Source: Lytechinus pictus
Taxonomy: Eukaryota
Assembly: GCF_037042905.1 (NCBI RefSeq)
Contig: NC_087251.1
Span: forward strand, 2,358,001 to 2,422,000
Reading direction: 5' to 3'
DNA: 64,000 nucleotides
Within the stretch, counting starts at the first letter, position 1. Every line of letters begins with the position of its first letter. Positions 62,634 through 64,000 of this stretch are shown here, in pieces. The notes below the pieces were generated by a model. The model did no database searches and was not told the origin of the DNA. It saw nothing but the letters and a program-made list of their open reading frames with translations. The position numbers were made by a program, and so were the translations under genes.

Positions 62634-62948
62634 ATAATAATAATAATAATAATAAACAGTTCTTGTATAGCGCATATCACGATTATGAATAATGTCTCTA
62701 TGCGCTTCCAAAGGACTTGGATATTATTACCCCAGCTGTAGCTTGGCAGCCGTAATTACTAAGATTACAGCGCACACGCATTTCAAGGAATAAATTCCTG
62801 CCAGGTACCCATTCACCTCACCTGGGTTGAGTGCAGCACAATGTGGATAAATTTCTTGCCGAAGGAAATTACGCCATGGCTGGGATTCGAACCCACAACC
62901 CTCTGTTTCAAAGTCCGGAGACTAATCCACTGGGCCACAACGCTCCAC
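62634..62948 (-). mobile_element. tRNA-derived SINE, family 1 (best-preserved copy)
   Basis: Intact A/B boxes (GGTTCGAATCCC), shared core, (TAT)n tail. Confidence 0.9.
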
Positions 62949-64000
62949 ATAAGTTCTATTTCGTAGAAAGTTGAATATAATTAAGTAATCAATACTGAAG
63001 TATTTAGACATAATCATCCGTGAAGTCATTATGAACTATTAAACAAATGACAGTTCATGGAATGTATATAATATGACATATTTGGAGCTGCATGCATGTG
63101 GCAGAACCAAAAATTAAACAAAAAATAAAGAAACAAAGCACTCATGACTGTAATTCTTCTATATCTTTGTTAATAATCCATTAATATATTCCTCTCATTC
63201 TGTGTTTTTATAAAGCAAAGTTGACTTTGGGATGGACATACCCTTTAACTGAGCTATCCTATCAAAGACTTAATAGAATGAAGTATATGGGGGCTTTGGC
63301 AATTTGGCATTTCTATTTGTTTTGTTTGGCTCTTGTGACCTATCTAGCCACCCACCTTTAACCACCCACAATCGTCAAATGGAATGCAGAAAAAGAATAA
63401 GGTGAGAGACGGACAGAGAAATAGACAGAGAAAACAGACAATCAAACAGTCTGATAGACAGAGAGTTATTGGAAAGAGAGAAGAAAGATGGGAGAGAGAG
63501 AATGGTGAATACTGTATAAGCTCAATATTGTGGTAGTTTATATTCCATATTTCAAATAACAAAAAAATCAAATGAATTGAATAATTTTCTTAATAAACAT
63601 GTATTTACACATAAGTATAAGCTATCAATTCATTTTCATTACTTATACATGAATAACAACTTGAATTTCACTTTGTTATATGGCCATTGCTGCAAATGAA
63701 AACAAAACAAATTATGAAAATAAAGGATTCCAGTGTACTTCCTAAAATTATTAATTCACTTTCATATCAATATAAAGGATAATAATGTAATGACATGTAT
63801 ATCATCAAAAGAGGGTGACCATTAATAATATAAAGGAAAAAAATGGGGAAAATGCCTCCCACTGAAAAAACAATATAGAAAAGGGAAGAGAGTCACAAAA
63901 ATAGATGAAGATATGTGTGGGGAGTAAAGTATGATGACATGAAAGAGAGTGATTGGAATGAAAGATAAGACATCTTTAAGTGTTTGTGATCAATGTTAAT

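Overview
AT-rich, intron-rich animal genomic DNA; the repeat landscape suggests a sea urchin or other echinoderm (inference). Two + strand protein genes, rebuilt by hand from GT-AG exons because the ORF track misses most of them: (1) the last 12 coding exons of UNC79, an NALCN channel auxiliary subunit (129-12174, stop TAG at 12172-12174); (2) the first six coding exons of the RAD51 paralogue RAD51B (ATG 25598 to 31470), preceded by a CpG-rich promoter region (~20.9-23.4 kb) and followed by more than 32 kb of apparent intron with several CpG-retaining, enhancer-like islands. The rest is mobile DNA: two tRNA-derived SINE families; hAT, piggyBac, Kolobok-like and Harbinger-like non-autonomous elements; Helentron-associated tandem-repeat elements; a Crypton-like palindrome. 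The most unusual object is a 2.3-kb L2-group LINE in a UNC79 intron, inserted into a MITE with a 7-bp TSD. It keeps an open ORF1, but its ORF2 has lost the endonuclease and RT core by an in-frame deletion. A SINE family with one head and several different 3' tails is also notable. I see no clearly novel protein-coding system; most short ORFs in the track are spurious.
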